This document shows, piece after piece, positions 1 to 11,387 of a stretch of DNA of 64,000 nucleotides. The notes under the pieces are model-generated. The model worked only from the letters and a program-made list of their open reading frames with translations. It was not told the origin of the DNA and ran no database searches. The position numbers were made by a program, and so were the translations under genes. The stretch comes from Phyllosticta citribraziliensis (lineage: Eukaryota). Where the stretch lies: contig NW_027117344.1 of the NCBI RefSeq assembly GCF_038025025.1, positions 1,860,001 through 1,924,000 of the forward strand, given 5' to 3'. Positions within the stretch are counted from its first letter, which is position 1, and each line of letters starts with the position of its first letter.

Positions 1-78
1 GCGCTTATTTCGAAGATTGGCTTGTGTTGCTTATTTGGAAGAGGAACTTGGGCATTGGTTAACAGTCTTGGGGGACAG

Positions 79-1884
79 GTCAAGGATTCGAATAAGATTC
101 AATGCTACTGTCCTGCGACGGGCGAGCTGCTCGACACGATCGAACCGGCGACGGAACGCGACATTGACAATGCGGTTGAGCGGGCGAAAGCGGCACAAGA
201 GAAGTGGAGACAGACGAGCTTTACAGAGCGGAGGAAGGTGCTGAAGTCGTTGCTCAAGTGCGTACATATTGAGGGGGAAATGCTGTCGCGACACACTTGT
301 AGCGGTTGAACAAAGGCGAGGAAAATGCTGATTAGGAGCCCTCGTATTGCAGATTTGTCCTGGAAAACCAAAAGACCATTTCGACGGCAGCCTGCTTGGA
401 CAGCGGAAAGACACGATTGGATTCGAGCTTTGGCGAGATTCTGGTGACTGCGGAGAAGACCAAATGGACAATTGACCATGGAGAAAAGGCATTGAAGCCT
501 GAGAGCAGACCGACCAATTTTTTGATGATGTACAAGAAGAATGAGGTTCGATGGGAGCCTTTGGGTGTGGTGGCTGCTGCTGTTAGCTGGAAGTAAGCTT
601 TCACCAAGTTCCCCGAGCACGGCAATGTACTGACTTTGTCTCTAGCTACCCCGTGAGTCTTGAGCAACATCATCAGCGTTCAATCTAACTTCAAGCTAGT
701 TCCACAATCTTCTAGGCCCCATCATCTCCGCGCTCTTCTCCGGTAACGCTGTGATTGTCAAAGTCTCGGAGCAGACTGCCTGGTCCTCCAGGTACTTCAC
801 GTCGATTGTTCACGGCGCCCTCTACGCTTGTGGCCACGGGTATTGCGAAGATCTTGTCCAATCTCTCGCTTGCTGGCCTGCAGTGGCACCTCACCTCACG
901 TCGCATCCGGGCATCTCACACCTCACTTTCATTGGCTCGCGGCCTGTCGCTCACAAGGTGTGCGAGTCGGCCGCCAAAGCGCTGATACCCGTTTGTGTAG
1001 AGTTGGGAGGAAAGGACGCAGCGATCGTCCTCGACGACGTACGCAACCTTGAGAAAGTCGGACACATTCTGCTGCGCGGCGTCTTCCAAGCAGCTGGCCA
1101 GAATTGCATTGGCATCGAGCGTGTCATTGCGATGCCCAAAGCCTACGACAGCTTGGTCAAATTCCTCACGCCCATAGTCAACTCCCTGCGCAGCGGCTCA
1201 GCACTCTCACTCGAGGCCAAAGGCGCTACCAACGAAGCCATCGACGTCGGCGCATCCATCTCCCCAGCCGGCTTTGACCACCTCGAATCCCTCATCCGCG
1301 ATGCCGTGGCCCAAGGCGCACAGCTTCTCGCCGGCGGTACGCGCTTCACCCATCCCGAACACCCATCCGGGCATTACTTTGCGCCAACGCTGCTCGCCAA
1401 CGTGACGGCCGACATGGCCATTGCACAAACCGAGTGCTTCGCGCCCGTCTTCCTCCTTATGCGCGCCGAGTCTGTGGAGCACGCCGTGACGCTCGCCAAC
1501 AGCACCGAATACGGACTGGGCGCCTCCGTCTTCGGTTCTTCGCGGCGCGACCTCGAGTACGTCGTCGACCGCGTGCAGAGCGGCATGGTATCGGTCAACG
1601 ACTTTGCCGTCTACTACGCCGTGCAGCTGCCGTTTGGCGGCGTCAAGGGTAGCGGATACGGCCGCTTTGCCGGCGAGGAGGGCCTTCGCGGCCTCTGCAA
1701 TACCAAGGCTGTCTGCCGCGATCGCTTCCCGGGCGTCATGGAGACGGGCATTCCGCCTGAACTGCGGGTTCCCGTTCCCAATGCGCAGAGGTCGTGGGAG
1801 GTGGCTAGTGGGGTTGTTGAGCTGGGGTATGGTGAGTCGATTGCGAGGAAAGTTGCTGGGTTGAGGAAAATTGTGGGGATTTGA
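79..1884 (+). CDS. MSC7: Aldehyde dehydrogenase, Msc7-like; 5' end lies outside the window. Exons ~79-257, 353-592, 646-652 (micro-exon), 700-1884
   Basis: The spliced product gives KIQCYCPATG...EPLGVVAAAVSWNYPFHN, LTFIGS, catalytic VELGGKD, catalytic Cys in GQNCIG, TECFAP and LPFGGVKGSGYGRF. GT-AG introns with CTRAC branch sites join these in frame. Confidence 0.88.
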
Positions 1885-2140
1885 GAGTTGTTGAGGAGGG
1901 CGTGATGCTGGCTTCCCAGTCAATAGTGTTCGTAATATGAAGATGTTCTAGCAGGCATTGCGAGCGCGAACATGCTACCATCCCGAGCGTGAAAAGGCAG
2001 CTCGACAGTATTGTTCACAGCATCCAAAAACACGGTGTTCAAAAAGCGGTTTTACATCATTCTGACATTTGACGTCATTGCTAGTGCATCTATCGTGAAA
2101 CCCAGCGAGAAAACATCATTCATTCCCATTCACCCACACC

Positions 2141-3408
2141 TTACCTGCCAGAGGCAAGGTTCTGGGGAGCCTCGGTGGGCGGGCCCTCGGGGGTGACGTA
2201 GGCCTGCAGGAGGAATGTATCAGCAACCGCACATACAGGCGAGAGAGAAAGACGGGGATTGCTCACCTTGGTCATGCCGCCGTCGACGACAAAGTCGGTG
2301 CCGTTGACGAAGCTGGACTCGTCGGACGCCAGGAAGACGACGGCCTGAGCCTGCTCGATGGCCTCGCCGAAGCGGCCGGACGGGAAGTGGACGGTGCGGC
2401 GCAGACGCTTGGGTTGGTCGTCGCCGAGCCAGTCTTGGAGGAGAGGGGTGCTGAGCGGGGTTAGTCAAGGGGTCCATTTGGCCGGAAAAGGGGGCAGGGG
2501 CTGGAAAGCATACTTCAAGGGGGCAGGGCACAGGGCGTTGAAGCGGAAGCCCTCGCGGGCGTGGACGACGGCAAGCTCGCGGGTCATGGCGAGGACGGCG
2601 CCCTTGGAAGCGGTGTAGGCGAGCTGGGGCGTGGCAGAGCCAACAAGGGCGACAACCGACGCCGTGTTGATGATGGAGCCGCGCTTCTTGCCGTGCTTGC
2701 GCAGCGACAGGACGGCGTGCTTGGAGCCGAACCACACGCCCTTGACGTTGATGTTCTGCGTCAGGTCCCAGATCTTCTCGGGCGTGTCGACGGCGTCGGC
2801 GTCGTCGGCGTGCATGATGCCCGCGTTGTTGAAGATGACGTCCACGCCGCCCCATGCGTCGGCTGCGTCGACCAGCGCCTTGACGCTGTCCTCCTTGGAC
2901 ACGTCCGTCACCTTGGTCTCGATGACGGCCGACGATGGCAGCAACTCGCGTGCCTTGGCCTGCGCCTTTTCGAGAGCTGGCCCGCTGATGTCGGCCATGA
3001 TGACCTTGGCGCCTTCGCGCGCAAAGAGAATGGTGGTTTCAAGACCGATGCCACTGGGAGTTGTTAGCCAGGGGCTCGGCGTCTTCTTTCAACTGCATCT
3101 GTCAAAATGGACAAGGTCTAAGCTAATCTAGTAAAATTCCTTCCATGGTCATTCTGTAATGTCTCCACGGCTTTGTTCAACGTCATGCCATGTGACGACA
3201 GAAGCAAATTTCGACGTGTCCAATTTTCAGCTCTAACCCGTATTCTTCGCCGCTCTTTTGATCTCGCAAAATGCAAAGTAAAGAGTTTGGAGACGGAAGC
3301 AGATGGAAATTGATGCTACAAAATAACCAAGAGGTAGACTTACCCAGCAGCACCGGTGACGATGGCGTTCTTGCCGGCAAGACGGCCACGGGGAGCTTCG
3401 GCAGACAT
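2141..3408 (-). CDS. Short-chain dehydrogenase/reductase (classical SDR). Exons 3408-3344, 3053-2514, 2450-2267, 2203-2141
   Basis: Spliced product MSAEAPRGRLAGKNAIVTGAAGGIG (TGxxxGxG), NNAG, catalytic YTASK, C-terminal VVDGGMTKAYVTPEG. All splice sites are canonical and in frame. Confidence 0.93.
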
Positions 3409-4450
3409 GATGAAGGCTCTGTTGAAGGGCGGACGGAGAAGCTACAACGAGATGGATGAACGAACTGAGCGGATGAAGAGAAATCGAAGAGGCCAGAGAA
3501 CGAAGAGCCGACTGAAAGCTGGCGATCTTGATATGTGTCTGGTCGGGCCGGGGTTTTGGAGCCGCTTTGGTCTAAGCGTCAGACCGGCGTGCAATGACAC
3601 ATTGAAACGTGGTGACGAAAACTGCGTGGTTGGAGCAGTGAACAGGAGTGGAAACGCACGTACTGAAGCAATTGGCCAGAATCAGAAGGTCCAGGCGGTG
3701 GTTCGAGGTGGACAGATGGATGGCTGGTGGGTGTGGAGAGGCCAAAGAAGCCGACCCTTGAAGCTCAAGCTGGGCTCCCTGGCTTCCGCGTCCCGAGTCG
3801 GCATGCGTCGGGGAGCTCTCCGATTGCGGCTCTTTGGCGTCTCGCGCGCCGAGCTGATAAGCTCTTTCATGCTTCATCATGGATGGTGGTCAGCGATTAC
3901 TTCAACTGGTGACGCACGCACGCGCGCTGCAGCACGCCTTTGCGGGGTTCCACGAAAATGACGCTGTTGCAGCTCGCGTGCGGCGAGATGGGACGAATTG
4001 CGACGCTCTGGAGGATGTTGAGGGCATGGAAGCTCGTTGGCAGCCGACGCAGCCTACTGCTTGTTCGACATGTGGTTGGAATACACAAACGACGGGAGAA
4101 TACATATATGCATGAAGTGACATGTCTAAGCAGTTAACGGCAAAGCGCCCGTGGCTTCCCTTGCAGCACAGATCTGCCGTCACCCGCTTATCGGGAACTC
4201 CCTCGCCCATGAGGTCCACCGGCAGTCGAGGAGAGAGCCTGACGCGTGCCCAGTCCAGAGCCAGTGCCCCTACCAACCAGCCCACCCCACATTCCATACG
4301 CCATGTGCTCTCTCCTTCGTGCTCCGCACCCTTAGCACATTTCCGACGTCTCTCTTTTCCGCGCCCCCCGTCATCTCCCTACTCCTCCATACCGCTCCTT
4401 TGTCCTAGACTCTGCTCCTGCGACCCGACCCTCCTTGCCAGCATCCCACC

Positions 4451-6060
4451 ATGTCGACGCCAAACCCCTCCGAGATAACCGTGGCGCAACTGCCAGAAAT
4501 CCTCAAGGACGATGCCGCCGTCAAGGTCGGCGGCGTAGATATTGACGGCATGTTGCGCGGCAAGCTCATGGCCAAGTCCAAGTTTTTGTCCGTCGCGGAA
4601 AAGGGCTTCGGCTTCTGTTCCGTCGTCTTTGGCTGGGACATGCACGACCAGACCTACTTCAAGGAGCTCAAGGTCAGCAACGCCGAGAATGGCTACCGCG
4701 ACATCATCGCCATCCCGGACCTCAGTTCCTTTAGGAGAATACCCTGGGAAAATGACGTTCCCTTCTTCCTCGTCTCCTTTGTCGACCCGGACACCAACGA
4801 GACCCTAAACACCTGCCCGCGATCGCTGTTGTCGAGAACCGTGGACAAGCTCAAGGCCCAAGGCATGGGCGCCATGGCAGGAGGTACGAAACACCATCTG
4901 GGGTGCACATGAGCATCTAGCGAGCCGCGGAGCTGTGCACTTGGCCTCTGGACGGAGCTGACCTCGCTCTACCTCGACAGCCGAGTTTGAGTTTTACCAG
5001 TTCAGAGCTCCCACATCACACGACGGCCCCGAGGCCAACTCGTCCTCGACCGCACAGTTCCTCAAGGACAAGCCCGTACACCAGCTTCCATCCCTGACCG
5101 AGGGCATGTTTGGCTACAGCTTGACCCGGCCGGTACACAACCAGGAATGGTACTACAGCGTTTTTGATACTTGCTCCAAATTCAGATGCGGAATCGAGGG
5201 CTGGCACACGGAGAGCGGACCTGGCGTTTTTGAGGCTGTAAGTCGACGTCGCAGCAGGATAGGTTCGAGGTTAACGGTGAATACAGGCGCTCGAGTTTGG
5301 CGAAATCAAAGAAATGGCAGACAGGGCTGCGCTTTTCAAGCTTACGGTCAAGTCGATTGGATCCAAGTTTGGAATCACGCCTTGTTTCATGGCAAAACCG
5401 CGCGCGGGACTCCCAGGAAACAGCGGCCATATGCACGTCTCGCTCGTGGACAGCGCTGGCAAGAACCTGCTTTGGCGCGGTGAGGAGGACCTTAATGCGC
5501 CCTGGCCAGATGTGCGCTACCTGTCCGACATTGGTAGGCATTTCCTTGCAGGCCTTATTGACGGTCTGCCGGACGTCATGCCGATATTTGCACCCACCAT
5601 CAACAGCTACAAACGGCTGGTCGAAAACTACTGGGCTCCCGTCACTGTGTCGTGGGGCTTGGAGCACCGCGCAGCATCGATCCGCGTCATCACCCCACCC
5701 ACAGCCTCGCCCAAGGCGACGCGGTTCGAAGTGAGGGTTCCCGGCGCCGACACAAACTCACACCTCGTGCTGGCGACGATCCTGGCTCTGGGATGGCGGG
5801 GCGTGGAGAAGAAGATGGAGATCAAGCTTCCGCCGCTGGGCAAGGGGCAGGATGTGGGTGGTGCGGCGGACAAGGGGGAAAGGCTCGCAAAGAGCTTGAA
5901 GGACGGGACAGCGACCATGATGCGCCCGGGCAGTGTGGCAAGGGAAGCTCTTGGCGACGAGTTTGTGGAGCACTTTGGCGGCACGAGAGAACACGAGATC
6001 AAGCTGTGGGATGAGGCGGTCACGGATTGGGAGGTCAAGAGATACATCGAGACTGTATGA
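4451..6060 (+). CDS. Glutamine synthetase-like protein (gamma-glutamyl-amine ligase type, GlnA4/PuuA-like). Exons 4451-4883, 4981-5237, 5287-6060
   Basis: GVDIDGMLRGK, GAEFEFY, HTESGPGVFE, FMAKP...GNSGHMHVS, APTINSYKRL, EHRAASIR and RFEVRVPGAD are GS-catalytic-domain motifs of the bacterial-type GS-like class rather than eukaryotic GSII. Confidence 0.9.
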
Positions 6061-6948
6061 GGATGGAGTCGAGAAAGTAGGCTTGGCCTGGGGAAGTTTT
6101 GTGATATCCCTATCTCATTGTACAGATATCCTTGTCAATGGATGCTCCACACTTCTGGATACCCTTGGTGGTTTTGACGGAGGGCTGACGCTTGATTGGC
6201 TGACACATGCATCACCAGCTCGGCTCCAATGGAAAGCAACGTCGAGCTCCGGCTTGTCAGGGACCGGCGCGCCACGATCCCTGGGCTTCGGCTCAGCAGC
6301 TCGAACGTCAACAGAGGTTGCCCAGGGGCGGTCAAAAGCAACGCAAAGGTTTTACTGGGCACCCCCCATGTTGCAGTCTTGCCTTTGCCTCAGATCTCCT
6401 ATCTCGTGTTCCAGCAGCGTCGGCACGTTAGTCGAGCTGAATCTAATCTGAAAGCTCGACGAAGCTAATCTAGCGCCCAGGTCAGAGCTGCGAGCGTCCA
6501 GGGACTGCCAGCTGCAAACCACAACCAATAACTGCAGTATTCTACAGCTGCTTCGGAAGCAAAAGTCCAAAACACTTCTTTTGTGCCAAGAACGGACGAT
6601 GCTTTAGGCATGTACCCACTCGCCAAGCCCGCGCTGAAACGCCCCGCATCACCGTCGCTGGCGAGCAGCACGAGGCAAATACACCAGCTAATCATTACTT
6701 AACAGGAGGGCGCCTAGGAATACGCGTACCGATTTTGCCTCTCTTTTCCTGCTTTTGAACCCCTCCCACTGACTCTCGCCCCGAGACCAAACATCCCAGG
6801 ATTTTCGCCTTGGCTACCTGCGGTAGTAAACAATCCACAACATCCCCCTTCACAACCCCCGACGCACCCCCTCGAGCGCCTCGGCCAATTTTGTGCAACC
6901 CCTCCAAGCAAGGGCACCACCGCCCTCTGCCCTGCGCCACGCATCGGC

Positions 6949-9900
6949 ATGCCGGACAACTTTGAACTGCGTGGCAAATACCACGCCGTCGACAAGAACA
7001 ACCCCCACGACCTCTACTCGGACAATCCGAAGCGCCACGTCCGCAACACCTCCTACCACTCCGACACGCCTTACCCGCCCTCCGACCACTCGTCCGACGT
7101 GGAATCTCTCGACGAACTCGACCCGCTCCACGATGGCCGCAGCAGTAGCAAACGCCGCAAAGCGCGGACAGAGTCGCAAATCGGAGCCGGTGCAGGCGAG
7201 GAGTCGGCTTTTATCAGCAAGCTGCGCGGTGGCGCCGACGGGGACACTGGCATCAATCCGTTGCGACATCGAATACTGCGGCGGCCGTGGATGAACCGCA
7301 TCTTCAACAAGAACCGCATGTTTTGCTGGCTGGTGATACTCTTCGTTGTTGTATTGCTGCTGTTGCTGAGCGTCGGTGGCATCTGGGCGTGGACGAGCTC
7401 GCCCGTCAGTGGCAAGAGTCCTCCCTGGTATCCGGCGCCACACGGCGGAAACGATCCGGCGTGGGCAGATGCCTATGCGAAGGCGGCGGAGATGGTGCGC
7501 CAGATGACGCTGGTTGAAAAGGCCAACATAACTACGGGAGTGGGCTGGGCCATGGGACTGTGCGTGGGGAATACGGGTCCCGCAATGCGTCTGGGATTTC
7601 CGAGTCTCTGTTTGCAGGACGGTCCTTTGGGCATGCGGTTCGTGGACAATGCAACGGCGTGGCCCGCTGGCATCACAGTCGGCGCAACCTGGAGCAAAGA
7701 TTTGATGTACAAGCGCGGCAGAGCGCACGGCGAGGAGGCACATCTGAAAGGCGTCAATGTGCTGCTCGCCCCGGCCATGGGTCCGTTCGGCCGCCTGCCC
7801 GCTGGCGGCAGGAACTGGGAGGGGTTCGGCTCTGACCCTGTTCTGCAAGGCACCGGTGCCATGTGGACAATCAAGGGCATCCAAGACGCGGGCGTCATAG
7901 CGACAGCAAAACACTACGTGGGGAACGAGCAAGAGCATTTCAGGCAAAGCTTCGAATGGGGAACCCCAAACGCCATTTCCTCCAACATCGACGATAGGAC
8001 GCTGCATGAGATTTACGCCTGGCCGTTTGCCGACAGCGTGCGAGCTGGAGTTGGAAGCGTCATGTGCTCGTACAACCAAGTCAACAATTCTTATGCCTGT
8101 CAAAACAGCAAGCTGTTGAACGGGATTTTGAAAGATGAGCTCGGCTTCCAAGGATTTATTCAAAGTGATTGGCTTGCACAAAGGAGCGGAGTTGCAAGCG
8201 CCCTTGCGGGCCTCGATTTGAGCATGCCTGGGGATGGGCTCCACTGGCAGGATGGGACGCCGCTCTGGGGACCGGAACTCACAAAGGCAGTGCTGAACAG
8301 CTCGGTCCCCGTGGAACGCTTGAATGATATGGTCACTCGGATCGTCGCAACGTGGTATCAACTCGGACAAGACGACACGCAAAAATGGCCCCTGGCTGCC
8401 CCCGAAGGGGACGGCACGCCCAACTTTTCGTCTTGGTCTGACGAAGCCGAGGGTCGACTGCACCAGGGCAGCGATGACAAGACAAAGGCCGTGGTCAACA
8501 AGTTCATCAACGTCATGGGAGACCCAGCAGCTGAAGGCTCGCACGCGAGGCTTGCTCGCAGGATTGCCGCCGAAGGCACGGTCATGGTCAAGAATGAAAA
8601 CAACACGCTCCCGATTACAAGAGATGGAATCAGCCAAGCGAGTGGCTTCACGCACAACAAGGACGACTTTAAGGTGCGCATCGGCATCTACGGCGAAGAC
8701 GCACGCGCAAACCCCAAAGGCCCCAACGCTTGCCAAGACCGTGGTTGTAATGAGGGAACCCTGGGGTCTGGATGGGGGAGCGGAGCAGCCGACTTTCCTT
8801 GGCTCATCACGCCGTACGAGGCTCTCCGCCGCGAGTTCAATAATGACAGCGTCATTCTTCACGATTATTTGGCCAATGACATCCCGACCACCAAGCTCCG
8901 CCTTCTCGAGCAGCAAGACATGTGTCTTGTGTTTGTCAACAGTGACGCTGGTGAAGGCTTTTTGTCGTGGGAAGATGTCAAGGGAGACCGCAACGATCTG
9001 TACACGCAGAAGGGAGGCGACGAGCTGGTCAAGTCGGTCTCCGCGCACTGCGGGCCAGACGGCAAGTCTCCTGTCATTGTCGTGGTGCATGCCGTAGGCC
9101 CGGTGATTCTCGAAAACTGGATCAACCTTCCCAATGTCAAGTCGGTCCTCCTGGCGCATCTCCCTGGACAAGAATCAGGAAATGCCATTGTCGACATTCT
9201 CTTTGGCGACGAAAACCCCTCGGGACGCCTCCCCTACACCATTGCTCGGGCAGAAGAAGATTATGGCCCACACAGCCGCATCATGTACTATCCGAACGGC
9301 GTCGTCCCGCAGCAAAACTTTACCGAAGGCCTATACGTCGACTACCGCCACTTTGACGCCGCCCAAGTGACGCCCCGCTACGAATTCGGCTACGGCCTCT
9401 CGTACAGCGAGTTTTCCATCGGTGACCTGGTCATCACGGTCGACGTGTCCAAGAAATCCATGCTTCCAGCGCCCCGTCCCAACATCACATCTCCCTTGCC
9501 GCCACACTACAAAGAAGACATTCCCCCGGCTTCGGAAGCCGTGTGGCCCCTCGACTTCCGCCGCCCCCTCAAAAAGTACATTTACCCGTACATCTCGTCG
9601 GCGTCGGCGCCCGGCACCAAAAAGGGGCGATACCCCTACCCAGAAGGCTACTCGACGAAGCCGCACGAGGGCAGCCCCGCGGGCGGCGGGCCCGGCGGCA
9701 ACCCAGACCTATACTCGATCGTGGCCAACGTCAGCTTCGTGGTGCGCAACGAGAGCCCCGATCGCGCCGGCTGGGCCGTCCCGCAGGTCTACGTCTCGTA
9801 CCCCACGGGCTGGGTCGATCCGGAGCGCTCGTCTGCGCTGTCGTCCAAACCCAAGCAGACGGGCAGAGGCCGCCTCGGCGACGCGCCGCACCCGGTCGTC

Positions 9901-10272
9901 TCGGCCTCCGTCTCGACGCTGCCGCCCGCCGTCTCGACACCATCACTGTCTACGCCGACATCATCCTCATCCTCCGCACACGCCAAACCGACCTTCCCGC
10001 CCCAGATCCCCGGCCGGCCGCCCGACTTCCCCGTGCGCGCGCTGCGCGGCTTCGACAAGGTGTTTCTGCAGCCGCAGGGGCAAGACGGGGATTCGGCGAC
10101 GGTCGTCGTCGGCCTGACGCGGCGCGACCTCAGCTTCTGGGATACCCGCCGCCAGAACTGGGTCATGCCGACGCTGCAGGGGCAGGAGGGGCCGGACGAC
10201 ACGCACCAGGGCGAGTTTGGCGTGTGGGTTGGCTGGAGCAGTCGCGATTTGAGGATTAGCGGTGTTGTTTGA
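6949..10272 (+). CDS. bglE: GH3 beta-glucosidase with an N-terminal cytoplasmic tail and a signal-anchor helix (BglE-like)
   Basis: Intronless 1107-aa ORF. TM segment LVILFVVVLLLLLSVGGIW; LCLQDGPLG, GGRNWEGF, AKHY, VMCSYN, nucleophile QSDW, PSGRLPYT; C-terminal FnIII-like domain (PRYEFGYGLSY, LRGFDKV). Confidence 0.92.
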   Translation: MPDNFELRGKYHAVDKNNPHDLYSDNPKRHVRNTSYHSDTPYPPSDHSSDVESLDELDPLHDGRSSSKRRKARTESQIGAGAGEESAFISKLRGGADGDTGINPLRHRILRRPWMNRIFNKNRMFCWLVILFVVVLLLLLSVGGIWAWTSSPVSGKSPPWYPAPHGGNDPAWADAYAKAAEMVRQMTLVEKANITTGVGWAMGLCVGNTGPAMRLGFPSLCLQDGPLGMRFVDNATAWPAGITVGATWSKDLMYKRGRAHGEEAHLKGVNVLLAPAMGPFGRLPAGGRNWEGFGSDPVLQGTGAMWTIKGIQDAGVIATAKHYVGNEQEHFRQSFEWGTPNAISSNIDDRTLHEIYAWPFADSVRAGVGSVMCSYNQVNNSYACQNSKLLNGILKDELGFQGFIQSDWLAQRSGVASALAGLDLSMPGDGLHWQDGTPLWGPELTKAVLNSSVPVERLNDMVTRIVATWYQLGQDDTQKWPLAAPEGDGTPNFSSWSDEAEGRLHQGSDDKTKAVVNKFINVMGDPAAEGSHARLARRIAAEGTVMVKNENNTLPITRDGISQASGFTHNKDDFKVRIGIYGEDARANPKGPNACQDRGCNEGTLGSGWGSGAADFPWLITPYEALRREFNNDSVILHDYLANDIPTTKLRLLEQQDMCLVFVNSDAGEGFLSWEDVKGDRNDLYTQKGGDELVKSVSAHCGPDGKSPVIVVVHAVGPVILENWINLPNVKSVLLAHLPGQESGNAIVDILFGDENPSGRLPYTIARAEEDYGPHSRIMYYPNGVVPQQNFTEGLYVDYRHFDAAQVTPRYEFGYGLSYSEFSIGDLVITVDVSKKSMLPAPRPNITSPLPPHYKEDIPPASEAVWPLDFRRPLKKYIYPYISSASAPGTKKGRYPYPEGYSTKPHEGSPAGGGPGGNPDLYSIVANVSFVVRNESPDRAGWAVPQVYVSYPTGWVDPERSSALSSKPKQTGRGRLGDAPHPVVSASVSTLPPAVSTPSLSTPTSSSSSAHAKPTFPPQIPGRPPDFPVRALRGFDKVFLQPQGQDGDSATVVVGLTRRDLSFWDTRRQNWVMPTLQGQEGPDDTHQGEFGVWVGWSSRDLRISGVV

Positions 10273-11008
10273 GGGCGTGGGCGGGTAATGGGTCGGTGTT
10301 GCGTATTGGATTGGCTTGGATTGGATTGAATTGGCTCGGGGTTGGATGGACAGATCGAATGATGGATATTGGAAAGGTGCATGGCGTTTTCTCTCTTATC
10401 TCTCTACCTCTCTCCTTTTTTTCTCGTCTCCCATCAGACGTCTCCCTACCTCCCCCATACCACCGAACGCTCCTTGCGACGCGCGAAGGAAAAGGATGCT
10501 GCCCACAGCACAAATCTAATGACCACATTCTCCCCCTCTTTGGGCAGGGGAGGCAGACGCGAAAAGCTGATAGAGCTGCGGTCAAGAGCTGGACGGAGCG
10601 AGCGAACCAATAAATGTGATTTATTTGCATGCGCCCAAGGACGATGATTGACGTCGGACAGAGATGGACACATTTCCGAGTTGTAAGTCACAACAAGTGC
10701 AGCAAGTTACTTGATTATTTGGACAGGCACTCCTGTGCAGCATGATGTGACGTCTTCATGGCACTTCTCGTCTCGAACTTCAGTACGTACAGCGAACCCT
10801 CCCTCGGTGGTTGAGCAAAATCACTCTGATCGATCCCATCCGTCGTTTCTTGTGCATTTGGGTATCCCATTTCCGTGTCAGCCCCGCCTCCGCAGCACCA
10901 GTTTTATGTCGACCGCTCTTCTGTCATTTTATTTTTATTTTTCATTTTTTGCATGTTCTTCTCTTGTTGCAATGGATCATATCCTAGCTATCCCGCCTCA
11001 CGTTGCAA

Positions 11009-11030
11009 CCCCCCCCCCCCCCCCCCCCCC
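11009..11030. repeat. Poly-C tract (22 nt)
   Basis: Read directly from the sequence. Confidence 0.95.
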
Positions 11031-11387
11031 GCGCGTGTGCAAGGTATTAGATTGCCTCAGCACGCGTCTGACCCGTACCGCGTAACCCATGTTGTTGGTT
11101 ACCAGCGCCGCAGCACAACATTCCATCTCATGGTCGTCCATTCGCGCCGCTAGCCATCCCTGCCAAAGGTCGCCAGCTACCAGGGATGAGAGAGAGAGGG
11201 ACCGAAAGCAAACCGGACCACCTAGTTTTAGTGCGTCCCGAATACGAAAACAAACTTCCGCCCTGCTGCACGCGACCACCCGCGTCCACGACGTCAACTG
11301 GCGCTTTCCATGGCAACGAACGCGCTTCCCCGCCTTCTCTCCTCCAACCATTGCGACCACCACCATAACGACCGCGTCTCAACCGCC

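Noticed and set aside
593..699. Possible stwintron (nested intron) in the ALDH gene
   Set aside because: The 7 nt between the two introns are required to encode N-Y-P, so they are exonic rather than part of an outer intron.
6850..9171. 773-aa minus-strand ORF
   Set aside because: Antisense shadow of the GH3 gene caused by codon bias; no recognisable motifs.
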